A stretch of 64,000 nt of DNA, from assembly GCF_902459465.1 (NCBI RefSeq), contig NC_047079.1:8618001-8682000 (forward strand), read 5' to 3'. Within the stretch, counting starts at the first letter, position 1. Each line of letters opens with the position of its first letter. The stretch comes from Asterias rubens. Taxonomy: Eukaryota. The notes under the pieces are model-generated. The model was not told the origin of the DNA. It saw nothing but the letters and a program-made list of their open reading frames with translations, and made no database searches. Positions 26,258 to 38,900 of the stretch are shown here, one piece after another. The translations under genes and the position numbers were made by a program.

Positions 26258-26550
26258 GAAATAAAATAAAATAAATAAATAAATAAAAATGATGAACTTA
26301 ACTTGAGGGAGCTGGAGGAAGGAATTTAGGTTTCTCTTAAAACAATCTAGATTGTATTTGTAGGATGGGGGAAACATTCGCCAGGCAAGGAGTTCCAAAG
26401 AGATGCAGTATGCAGAATAAAGCTTTAGTTGGTCTTTGCAAAGCAGTACGGGTAATGCTCAAACTTTCTGATGGGAGAAACCAGGTCAGAACTGGTGGTT
26501 CATTTCGCAACATTTCATAAAATCCCCCTTTTGTGTGTTTTCTCACATGC
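26258..26550 (-). mobile_element. CR1/Jockey-group LINE 3' fragment with (TTTA)n tail
   Basis: Minus strand translates SFILHTASLWNSLPGECFPPSYKYNLDCFKRNLNSFL (WNSLP...FK motif), followed by a TTTA-repeat tail. Confidence 0.65.
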
Positions 26551-27911
26551 TTCACTGATCATTCTAAACTTGATCCAATATTGAAGCTATAGAAAATACA
26601 CAATGCTACCACAACTACCAGCCAGTGTAAGGAACGGATGTTGTATGGTTTCAACCAGCCAATCAGATGCTTCATGTATGATGTCATCATCAGACGTAAA
26701 CGCAAACAGCCACCTTCAAAGTACCCCTTTTTTCTATGTTACCCAACCCTGATTCAGAGACTGTACCTGTCACAAATCTATGAATTTGTTTATTGATTTG
26801 AATAATTGATTTGAAGAAATCGTTATCAAGGTCTCGCATTTCCTTCAGTTCTTAGGGATGCCCAGAGGTTTTCTAAACCAGATACTCAGACAAAATGTAT
26901 CATTCCCGGGGTTTGAACTCGGGGTAAGTGTCAGAACTTATACTGTCAAAGAAGTATTTGTACAACCTCAATCATTTCCTTCTTGTTTGGGGCACATACG
27001 GGCCTTGTGCATTTGGCTTTTGTTTGTGTGTTTTGTGACGCAGTCCACAAAGTTAGTTAATAAATTGTGCCTATTACTTGCAATGCCCCCAGGAAGTTTT
27101 AGTATGGAGGTATTTTTACCTCCATGGTTTCAGTAGTCCAGGTTTTAAGCAAGTCTAGTCCTGAAACACAGGCAAGAGAAGCCATGGCATACAGTGCCCC
27201 TGGTCTTGGTCTCGGTTCGCCTTATTTTGTTTTAGTTGTGGTGGCACTATTAAGTGAATAGTTGAATAATGGTAGTCGCAACTCAACTAAGCAGTCAAAA
27301 GTCGTGACTTCCACACTAGTCGCACTATTCGCCCGGGCTTACTGTGGCCTTCTTCTAGACCTTGGTAATTAACATGATAAAGAAACACACCCCCCCCCCC
27401 CTGCACAAGACAGGCCCTTGTGATGTCCCTTCCCTCTTCAAGATTATGGATTCATTCAGAACAAAAGACAGGGTCATTTCTTTCTTGTCCAATGTAACAC
27501 AATGGTATTGACATACATGATGCTCTAGACGCAAACAATGAGCTAATGTAAACAACATTAGTCCTGGCAGCCTGTAAGATGTCTTCACTTGTTTACATCA
27601 AGTGTCAAGTACGTGGTCAACAACAACAACAACAACCTTGTCCTTGCTGAACTACGTCCAGACAATATAAAAGCCACTCGGGTGATTGGTAGGGGCTTCA
27701 GTTGAATTAAGTTGTTCTGTGGCAGTAAAACAAGAAATTGAAAAGCTGGTTAAGTCAAGTGCACCCTAGCCCAGTCGTCACTCGGTCAGTACAGTGTGCA
27801 TTTTTGATAGGTTTTAAACAAAACCCAGTCTAAAAGTAACCTTTTGTTTGAAGAATTGATTGATTGATTGAGTATTAATTAATTGATTTATTGACTAGTT
27901 GAATAGTTGTG

Positions 27912-27942
<31 letters not shown>

Positions 27943-29974
27943 TTTTTTTTATATATAGGGGCCTAGACAGTGTATGATGGTTTTTTTTCTTTCATTTTTT
28001 TTTCTTTTATCAAAATGTCTTTTTTCCCACAATTTTGTCTGGCCATGCACTAATAGTTCAGTGCATTCCTTAAGTTTTTATGTTTAGAAGAGTTTGTTTA
28101 ATTGACTTGGCAGGTTTTGAGTAGTATACCCTTGACCTAAAAGTCACATCCTTTCGTTAAACAAGAACACACAGCGTTTTCAGAGGAAATTTATTTGAAC
28201 GTAGATTTGCAAATCTTTCAGTTCAAGGATTGCGTGTAGACGCCCTGACCGAAAGAGACTTTGTTTTCAAGAACAGTATACTGTGGTACAATCATCCTTG
28301 GCTGATATACAATAAAAGTCATTGTCTAATCTGTAACATTGTCAATGATCATGAATCACGTTTTAATCAAAGCTTAGGAAAGCCAACTAGATCTATCTGG
28401 TCAAAGTTTAAGATAACTGAGGCTTAAAGGCCAGCCAGGTAACCTCTGTTGAGGTACCTGACTATTTCAAGCTTCTTCATGGCCCTTTTCGAAACCAGAT
28501 TTAGCTCAGGCTAGCTTGGCGCTCGGAGTTGTTTCGACAATGGAATACTTTTGAGAGGCTGGTGGCAGCAGACATAACGGTCCTTGTGTAAAGCTCCGAG
28601 CGTGCACGCACATGCTCAGTATTGCGCACGTAGGTCTGAGCACACAAAACTGTGAAAAAGGACCATCCAAAAGTCTCCCATTACGCGTGTTTTCGTACGC
28701 GTTCATGGCTTCAGACCAGAAAACAAAACCTGTAGCTGAATATTTAATATGGCCCTTTGATTCTCATCACGTATTTTTAAAAGGAAATGGCTTCTGTGAA
28801 CTACCCATGATAGGAGGGTATCAAGGTGAATGACACTGGTTAAGGAAGTTGTTAATTGGTTCAGGGTTATTGCGATAAACTGGGGGGGGGGGGGTGAGGC
28901 GGATAAAAGTAAAGTGCGCCATCAACGTTGGTACATATTTATTATTATTATTATTACTTTGTAGTGTCCTGTTGGGATACACCAAGTGATAACACTGGTC
29001 TTTGTCAGTTACCAAACATGCCAAATGTGTCCACTGTCTGTAAGTGACCAATAATATGTGTAGGTAGTCCTATAACTGTATACAGTTAATGTAATCCAGT
29101 TGTGTTCCCTGACTTAATCTGGATTAGGCCTCCTACAGCTTTAGGTAATCCTAATTACTAAAGATCAATGAACTATTGACCACTTGATCACTAGGATAAC
29201 AAAGGGAACCCTCAAGCATGTGTGGACGTGACCATCTGCTACAATTGCTAAAAAAAATCTACAGTCAAGAAGTCTGATTGGTCCTTAAAGTCAAGGCCCT
29301 ACTGAATATTCATAACTTTCAGTCTCTGCTGTTGAATATTCAACTGGTTGTATTCTTTCAGAGGAAATGATTGGTTGTGCGTTTAGGCACTGATGAATAT
29401 TCATCAGACTGGCATTTAATCTGTAATGTATACTGGGAATAACCAGTCCGGGTTTTTACTCAGGGTTTTAATTTTCTAACTGCAGCTTATTGGTCTGGTT
29501 GAGATTGGTTGCAATGAATAATCATGAACTTGAGTCTGTAAGGAACCCTGATTGGTCTACACTGTCTTCCAATTTGCATTTTTCAAAGGAGAAGCCGAGG
29601 AGGTCTATTGAACAGAAGGCATTTATTGTGATTCAAAGAGCTTTGACAGTTATTTAGGTTGGCAGTTTGAGTCCTGAAATGATGTTATTCTGGAAAGATG
29701 TTTGGCCAGTGGACGAAATGTCCTCAGCTGTGTGGAGAACATTATATATTGAAAGTGTTGTGAGACGTGACTTAGTGGCAAGTCGTGTTGAGTTTTATCA
29801 AGGTTGGTCTAAATAGGACGCTTCGGGACTCTATGTGGCAGCAGCGGGTAACAAGCGCATATTTTCATCAACAACGGATTTACCTGGTAAGTTTGTGGCC
29901 ACCTACAGTCCTTCAAAGTCTCTCATGTATTTAACTGTGATCATGCTGGTTGTGAGGCCATGGACTCTCAGAAA

Positions 29975-30178
29975 AGCAAACTTAATCACTGCACTAGTCA
30001 AGAACCCTTGGGTAGAAGAGCAAACTTAATCACTGCACTAGCCAAGAACCCTTGGGTAGAAGAGCAAACTTAATCACTGCACTAGCCAAGAACCCTTGGG
30101 TAGAAGAGCAAACTTAATCACTGCACTAGCCAAGAACCCTTGGGTAGAAGAGCAAACTTAATCACTGCACTAGCCAAG
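29975..30178. repeat. Minisatellite, ~4.6 x 44 bp
   Basis: agcaaacttaatcactgcactagccaagaacccttgggtagaag at 29975, 30019, 30063, 30107, 30151 (partial). Confidence 0.95.
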
Positions 30179-31361
30179 TATATACCCAATGGAAAGAAGA
30201 CAGGGAAGGAAGTTTCAGTTTGAGATGTGGGAGGAAACCCTAAGAAAATTGTTTCAGGAAAAACCAACGCAGACTGAAAACCCAATTATGTAGGCCTATC
30301 TGATTCGAACTGGGGTCCTAGAGGTGGAAGGCGAAGAATGATACAACTCTGCTAACTCGACCACTCAAATACCATTTGGAATACCATTTCACTTTCAACA
30401 TTTGTAATCTTTGTTGTTACTCTAGCTGCTGTTTTTATTTATTTAATTTTGTTTATTCTATTCACATCAGAATAAGTTTAGTCTTAGATAGATGGCGCTT
30501 TAGAAGTTTTAGTGATTACTATTTTATTATTATTATTATTATTAACACTTTTAACTGAATCCCAGCAATTGTATTGTACGTAACATACTCGATAAACTCA
30601 TCATACTCGTCACACTCATCACCTTAATAGAGTAACGTCATAATATTTAAAGCATTTATTTAGCTTGACATTTTAGCGTAGGATGTAACTCACTAGTTAT
30701 TTTCAGACACAGGAAATAGACTATGCACGTCTTGCGTATATTTGAACATAGGTACCCATTATAGTGCGCGAGTTTATGTCCTCCTCTGCAATGTAAGTGG
30801 GAGCAAAGAGGTGCCAATGTTGAAATACGTGCAAAGCTCGCACAGTCTGTAAGCCTCCTGCAGGAACAGCTTCAAGTCTTACTTTAGGCCTAATGGATTT
30901 AGTGTATTTTACAACGTTAGCTCAGGTATGTATACTTTGTGTTTGAAACGGCAACCCAAGGGCACCAAGGCATTTTCGCCTTGGTGGCACCCTATGAAGG
31001 AATGGTGTTAATTTCTACTGGAGCATTTCAAGGGCACCAAGGCAATGACTAGAGGCATGGAGACAGTTGTCTTTGTTGCCTCTAAAGTACCCAGCCTGTT
31101 CGCTGTACATTTACCTCCAGTCATTGTAGGCCTATGCATGGTAATTAATTGTTGTGGAAAATAGTGGCATTAATTAAGTGCAAAGCATACAAAGTGGTTG
31201 GTGGTGTATGGGCCAGTGTTGGCTGCATAAATTTACACAAGCCAAATATTAAATTAAATGTGCATGTTGTGTGTCACGGCCGAGCAGTTAAGGGTTCTGC
31301 CATCTATTTCACCAAACACTTCCTAACTTGGGATTAATCATGGAACTTTAGAACGAGTTAA

Positions 31362-31726
31362 AGCCAGTGGACCCTTTCGGTTCAGAAAAAAAAATAAAAG
31401 TTCACAGATTTACAAATAACTTACAGGGTTTACAGAAGGCAATGGTGAAAGACTTCTCGTGAAATATTGTTCCATGAAATGCTTTACTTTTTGAGAAAAC
31501 AGCAAAACAATATAAATTCTTGTTAACGAGAATTACGGATTTATTTTAACACATGTCATGACACGGCGAAACGCGCGGAAACAAGGGTGGGTTTTTCCGT
31601 TGTTTTCTCCCGACTCCGTTGACCGATTGAGCCTACATTTTCACAGGTTTGTTATTTGATATAGAAGTTGTGGTACACAAAGTGTGGGCCTTGGACAACA
31701 CAGTTTACCGAAAGGGTCCAATGGCT
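31362..31726. mobile_element. Kolobok-type MITE B2 inserted at TTAA inside a family-A MITE
   Basis: gaacgag-TTAA-agccagtggaccc ... gggtccaatggct-TTAA-gttcc; the empty site matches gaacgagtaaagttccg at ~48698-48715. Confidence 0.85.
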
Positions 31727-32303
31727 TTAAGTTCCATATCAAACTGTCAAAGGCGTAGGACGCGTTGAACCCATCCTAAGTTTGATGTTGATGGCTTTTG
31801 TAAAAAAAAGATCTATTGATTTCAGAGAGCTTTATCAATATTTATCAATAGGGTATTGATTATTGGTAATCTGTGTATTGACAATGGGTTTATGATTAGA
31901 AGGAGGCTGGCTGGCGCCAAATTCAAAGGGTATAATGATCGGGGGTGGGGGTTAATGACAGGGTTTGCCCTGTGACTAGCCAGCTGGACCAGTTAGCTTT
32001 TCATGGCACTAATCTGTCAGATGTTTCCACGGTCTATATTTCACTAGGAATGCTCTCCAACACTGAACTAGCCGGCTAGAGCATTTAGAGTTAGGAGAAG
32101 AGGGGGGAGGGTACTTTATGTGCAAGATGAAGGGGGGAGTCTTTCAGAGTAATGACAATGTTTTCCTTATATTGCGTGTGATATACTGAACAGAACCCCA
32201 AAACCAATTACTTAAATCATGTTTGTATTGAATGGCAATTTGAATTTGTCTTCCTCGGAATTTGTTTTCCCCGTCAGGTCTTTTCATCGATTATTAAACC
32301 ATC

Positions 32304-32920
32304 ATGCCAACCTCTTCAGAACCGAACGAATTTCTACAAGAGGTTGCCGTGGAAACCCCGGAATCATGTTCCTCACCAAGCCCACGGGACACCCTCAGCT
32401 CAGAGCTTCAAGCTGAGGAAGCCACGCCTATTAGAGTAGAGGACACACCCATCGAGGAGGAGGAGCCTTTGGTGATCACACCCTCGGAGTGTAGAGAAAA
32501 AGATTGTTCTTTCACAGTGGATTTAGATTGTGAACATGAGGAATTGTATGTTGCGGATGACAAACCAAGAAATGCTCGATTGGACACTGCCATATTGGGT
32601 GTTGAGCCCACTGGCACCCACCTACTTATTGATTCATCATACAGTGAGCCCAGTCTCACCCAGTCCAAATCAGCACCCTCATGTAGCCCACCCAGTAGAA
32701 CCCAAACAAACTGCTCTGATGCAATAGACACGCCCACTTTAACCCATTCAGCTGTGAGGCCTTACTTAATAGGCTCCTTCCCTAGTCATCACGCGGAACT
32801 TCCTCCCAATCCTAGGGATTTAACTTCAAGGGTAACGACCGTCACAGAATGGGTTTTGGGGCGCCAGTTTCTTCTGCTACCAGTCGTTTCAATGTTCTTA
32901 ACAGTACTCAGACCAATAAG
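32304..32920 (+). CDS. DISP3: DISP3 coding exon 1 (acidic, Ser/Pro-rich N-terminal extension)
   Basis: Acceptor ttttccccgtcag at 32277, ATG at 32304, 205 open codons. Donor AG|gtacaa at 32920 is phase 2, matching the phase-2 open start of exon 2 (...LRPIR|YLIPDS...). Confidence 0.65.
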
Positions 32921-35900
32921 GTACAAAGTTTGACCCCTGACCCCCTAAGAAGTTGTGCAGTTTTGTTTGTTAAACGCTTCATGTGTTTTTCATACCTTTG
33001 GTTTTTGGAGTGCATTGTTTTAATGTAAATGTATAATTATATACAAAAAAAACTTAACTTGTGAAGGTTTAATTTCAATGGAAGAAAACATCAAAGCTGA
33101 CTCTCTAGTGGTGGTTTTGCACTGTCTGATTTTATCAACTTTTGATATGATGAAAGGCAGCACGCTCAAAACTTGTCCAACTGTTACTTTGCGGTTTTAA
33201 TTGTGGTCTTTCTGTTTAGAAAGAATTTTGAAAAAAAAAAAAAAACAAGAACAGTAATTTCTTTCTTTATTGAAAAAAAAATGCTGAATCTCAAATCCAA
33301 ACAAACTTAAAACCATGGAGTAATCAAATTGTCCAGACTATTTCTCCCCAAACTGTCGTCATCTCTTATTTTATTAAGACTTTTTGTAAAGTACTCAGGA
33401 AAAAAAAAATTAAAAACATTGAACACTTACTTATATTCCTTCTTAAACAAAAAAAAATGCTGAATCTCAAATCCAACCAAACTCCAGACCATGAAGTTAT
33501 CAAATTGTCGGTTCTAATTCCTCCCCAAACTATCGTCATCTCATATTTTATTATCAAAGTACTGCCAGTAATATCAAATTTATCGGCGTAGTTTGCTGAG
33601 GTAGTTAAATTCATACGTGCCAAGCGAAGGACAATAAGTCCCTATTCGACAGCACTGAATGTAGATTAAATGTCACTCTACATACGTTATTGAATAAGCA
33701 CCAAATGAAATTGTATGAAATATTAGACTGCGCCTTAGTCTAAAGCCAGCGCTGCGGGCTAACAATGTGCTTATGTTTTGGGTAGTATTATCACTCCCTG
33801 ATTGTAAGTAGGTTTTCAAGATTTCCATACGTCATAAGGCGAACGCAAAACACGAACACTAGTGTTTTAGTGTTTGATTTTTTTTTTCTTTTTTTTTCAC
33901 AAAAGTTTACAGTCATCGAACATAAACAGTAATATTTGTGTGTGTTTTTTTTTCTTTCTCTTCTGTTTCCTTACTCAGCAAAGTTGTTGGTTCAAAGTTT
34001 TTACCATACAGTACGTGTATTGAGAGACCCTATTTTGTTTCCACTGCCTGCCCTGCTCGGCAAATTTCATTTATTATGAACGAAAAATAAAATTGTTTCT
34101 GTGACTGTTAATCTCTCTTGATTATCCGGGGTTTGTCAAGGCTGTTTCTGTGTTCATGTATGGTTACTATGACTACAGTATATCTACGCACAGTAAAGGA
34201 CAATTAAATTGCGAGTTTGATTAGTAAAATTTCTGGTACAATGACTTGCTTAGTCACAATGTATCGCCTACATGGAGACAGTTGCTATGTCAATTGGTTT
34301 GGGACAAGCTTTTGCATAGCAACCGCCAGATGAGCAAACCCTAGCATTGTGTCATACACATCCATTCAGAATGGTGTACATGTATGGGTGTTCACTGTCT
34401 CTTATGACACAGGGTATTACTCATGCGGGATACGAACCCACGACCTTTGCCAACCTAGAGCAGCGAAACCTTTACCAACTAGACCACCGAGGTTGCCCAG
34501 TAGCTAGAGCTAATAATTATAATCACAGTGGCTTCTTATAGCGCTCATATCCGTCACTCAGTGATGCTCAAGCTGCTTCAACATTCAGTATTTTCGAACC
34601 CCTTCTCTTTTTGATAAGTGAACTAGTTCTTTTACGTAACACAACACTCAGGACCAACCGCTTTACGTCACATCCGAAGGCAGTTTGGATTCACCAAGTG
34701 AGACTACTGGTCTCAAATACCACGTGTCCAGTCTCTGTTTAGTGAACAAAGTCTGAAGTGGGCAAATTGATAACCAGTTTTTACAGATTTGTCTTAGATT
34801 TTGAATAACATTTTGTTTCTCTCTGTTCCTTTACCAGATATTTGATTCCTGATTCTATCCGCGCAAAGCTGCTGAGTGGGGAGACTTGCCACGCCCCGTT
34901 CCACGCCCAGACTGGCACCCTACCCTACCAACCACCTACCGATACCACCCTAGCCCTAACCACCATGTCGGGTCAGTTGTGCTTCACCTCCCGTTACGGC
35001 CCCTTCAGCGAACGCTTGGATGACGAGGTCACATTCCAAACATCGGCCGAGAATCAAGGCAGTGATCTTCAGGGTGTGGACAACTTAGCTTTCGAATCGG
35101 ATCAACTGATTGGAGACCAGAATTTCAGTACCAGTGACACAACAAGGAATAGCGCCACCTTTGCTTTCCAGTCGCACGTCAATAAAGATCGCAGCGGCAG
35201 TTCCGAGGAGAGTTTTAGCAGTCAGGAATCTATTCCGGAGATAGTTCCTCTTGGCCAACCCTGGAGAGCTCTTGGTTGGTTCTTCAGTAGAACCATCGTC
35301 AGCATCATCATCTTATTCCTGATGACCGGGGCGTCGCTGGCCCTCGCTGGGGTCAGCGTCTTCGTTGTCGGCCCTACTCCATACTTTGACAAATCCCTCA
35401 ACGCTTTCCAGATCCCGAACCACGTTTCAACTCGTCGTCAGATGGCTTTCGACCAGGCCAAGAAAGATGACTTCAAAAACTTGCCCAAAAGAAGCGCCGA
35501 TAACCAAATCGGCGATGGTGACTATCTGAAATATTGGGATTCGAATGACGGTAATGACATATTCAACTCACTGCTACGCAAAACCAATTCTGAAATATCA
35601 GGAATCCCCCAAGCAAACAGTAATTCATATTATGCCAAACAAAAAACAGATTTATTTATTAACGATAATGAAGACCAGCCAAACAATGCCGCAAGACCCA
35701 AGAGAGGGTTGGATGAAGGCGAGACTTCTCACACTCGTCAGAGGAGATCTGCGCATCGATATCGCTCTATGAGATGGCGCATACAACTCGTCTACATTGC
35801 CGAGGGAGATGATAAAAACATCTTCACTAAGGAACGTCTGGAGACGATACACAACATTGAGATGTCTATCATGAACCATCCAAACTTTACTTTCTTCTGT

Positions 35901-38900
35901 TCCCGTAACCCACGATCCTTCGGTGACGCAGCCCTGGCACCATACAATCACTGTATCCCACCAAATTCATTGATGACATATTTCTACCCATCTGAGGTCG
36001 ATTCAAAGGTAAGTCAATCAATCAAGCGTAACATTTGTATGCAGGCATGCAACTCGTCCGCAGAACTGCGGTTGTTCCGCATTTAACAAAAGGAATGCTC
36101 TGTGGAAGTTAACACACAAAAGCATTACACAGACCAGACACAGAAACACGATCAATTGGAAAATTATTGTTTGTTTTTTTTCTACTAAAGAGGTGCATGC
36201 CTGTATATGGCGCTATATTTCAACAATCATTGCTCATGATGCCGTAAAGTAAGCATCTGAAATATTTGATTTGTAGGTGATTGACTGATGTTGTTAGGAA
36301 GATTGTTCCATATTCCGGGGGTAACAACAGAAAAGGCCCACTCACCCCAACTGTGTTTGCTTCTAGGAATGAATAATGCAGACTTGTCCGAACTGGAGTG
36401 CAAATTATGAGATGTTTTATAGAAAGTCAGTAGGTTGGTGTGGTATGCTTGACCGACTCTTTCTTGGTCTAATATTGTTTCTCCAAACATAGATTGTTTG
36501 GCTGTGGACAAGATTATTTAGTACGAGCGACGATTTGTTCACCAGAAAGAGGTTTTAACCTTACAATTTCCTTCACAGATCATCTACGATGGCGTAGGGA
36601 CGGAGCTGGCTGATATTAACGGAACTCTAGCTCACGCCATGACAGAGACTACCTTCTACTGGTACGTGGACACCAGCATGAACACTAAAAACAGACGCAG
36701 CAAGTTTCTACGCAGTGAGGTAAGCAAAGGGGGGCCCTTAGCTGAGTGATGTTTCACACCAGACTCAATGTCTGGTGGAGATCATTCTGATAAAGACACT
36801 TCCATGCTTTAATAGTAAGAAGCCTTTAAAGGGTTTGAATACTTTTTGTATGAAACAAACATAAAAAAGTCCACAGATTTACACTAAACTTACACCGTTT
36901 GAACATAATGATGGTAGAAAGCTTCCCTTAAAATGTTACTTGCTAAAGGTGCTGTATTTGGTTACAAATAATAAATTTAAAAAAAATGAAAATAGTTTTT
37001 GTCTCAGTGAGTCGGGAAAAATGGATTTATTGCTCACAATAAAATTGGTCTAGCAACAACCCTGTTCACAATATATTATGATCAATGCTTGTTTTGTTCT
37101 TTTGCCCAGGTGTGGTTTGGCGGACCAATTGGGGAAATTCCATTTATATGCTTTACAATATATTATGCTCAAAGCTTGTTTTGTTTTTTTGCCCAGGTGT
37201 GGTTTGGAGGACCAATTGGTGAAATTCCAAACACTCTTTCAAGAGATGAGGTCTCCCAGTTGTACAAGGATTTTGTAATCACATACATCGACCTTCTGAA
37301 CAATGCATCAACTGAGTAAGTGTTTACCCCTTTTTAAGATTCTCAGCTGGGCCAAATGTCTTAGATCTGGGCCTAGTTTCATGCCTCTGCTTAACGCTGA
37401 ACTTTAACCTACAGTCATCATTCTCTGCTTACTTTCAAATAGAAATTTGCATCGGGATGAAGAATATTATTTGGGGTTTTACCCATTATACACTGATGTG
37501 TGTTACCACTGTATACTCCCAGGCTCTGTGAAAAAAATCAAAGGCATGTTACTCGGGTGTGATTCGAACCCACGACCTTTGCCAATCTATAGCAGTGTCT
37601 GAAATACCAACTAGATCATTCGAGATTGCCCAATGGCTAGAGGCAGGAATTATTTCCCAGGTACTCAGTCAGTTTCCCTTGTTGTTTATCTCCTTTTTCT
37701 TCTCTTGTTTTGTACACAGTAAAGTACGTGTTCTCTACGGTGGAACTCAACTCTTTGACTACGAAGTGTCACAAACCATCTCCCATGACCTCAGCCTTGC
37801 AATACCTACAGGTACCATTAAGCAGGACTCAAATTTGGGGAAATCCAATTAAATTCAATTCAATTCAATATTGGTTTATTTTCATATAAAAATACAAGAC
37901 CAAATAAAAAGTCATAGACTAATGGCATTTGGTTAACAATAAAATAACATCAAAACAAGTTCCTAAAGCACATTTGTTTACAATAACATATCAATGCACT
38001 TTACATAAGAACCCTGGACAGTGGGCCAATACAATTTTTTTTATCTTTCTCGACTCCCTGGGAGTAAACAGCCCTGTACTACCGTGGCGCTCCAAAGGCT
38101 TTTAAGCACAATACAAGAATTGTGTTGGCCCAATGACCAGGGCACTATTACAAAGCGCATCAGTATGCATTAGTGTAAATTACACTATAACAAAACAGCT
38201 ATTATTTAGTAATACTACTATTATTAAAAACAAGAAGTCGCCGCAGTTATTCACATTCCCATATTTTTGTTTTCTAGGCGTGGCCATTTTCCTCTTGCTC
38301 TTCATCCTGACGTCCTTCTCCGTCTGGCTAACCATCTGGGGTTTTGCCAGCATCCTCCTCAGCTTCGCTTGGGCGTACTTCATTTATCACGTTGCCTTCG
38401 GGAAAGCCGCCCTGGGCCTGCTGAATCTGGTCTCAGCGTTTGTCATCATCGGCATCGGTAAGCCAAAGATAATTAATGATTGGTTTATTTCGGAAACAAA
38501 GGCTTCAAAGCCTTAAAGTCACTTGACACTATTGGTAACTACTCAAAATAATTGTTAGCATAAAACTCATTTGGTAACAAGCAATGGAGAGCTATTGATA
38601 GTATAAACCACTTTGAGAAATGACTCCCTCTGAAGAAACATATTTTTGAGAAAGAGGTAATTTCACACTCCAATATTAAAATACTTCAGACCTGAAGCAT
38701 TTTATTAGGCATCTGAAAACACACTTATGCAACAAGGGTGTTTTTCCTTCATTGTTTTCTTGCAACTCCGATGACCGATTGAGCCCAAATCTTCACAGGT
38801 TTGTTCATTTCTGCATGTTGAGATACAGCAAGTGAGAAGACTGGTCTTTCATAATTACCAAAGCTGTCCGTGCCTTTAAGGAGACTGATTTGTGCTTTAT

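Noticed and set aside
32832-32837. Alternative donor AGG|gtaacg for DISP3 exon 1
   Set aside because: Phase 0, incompatible with the phase-2 open start of exon 2.
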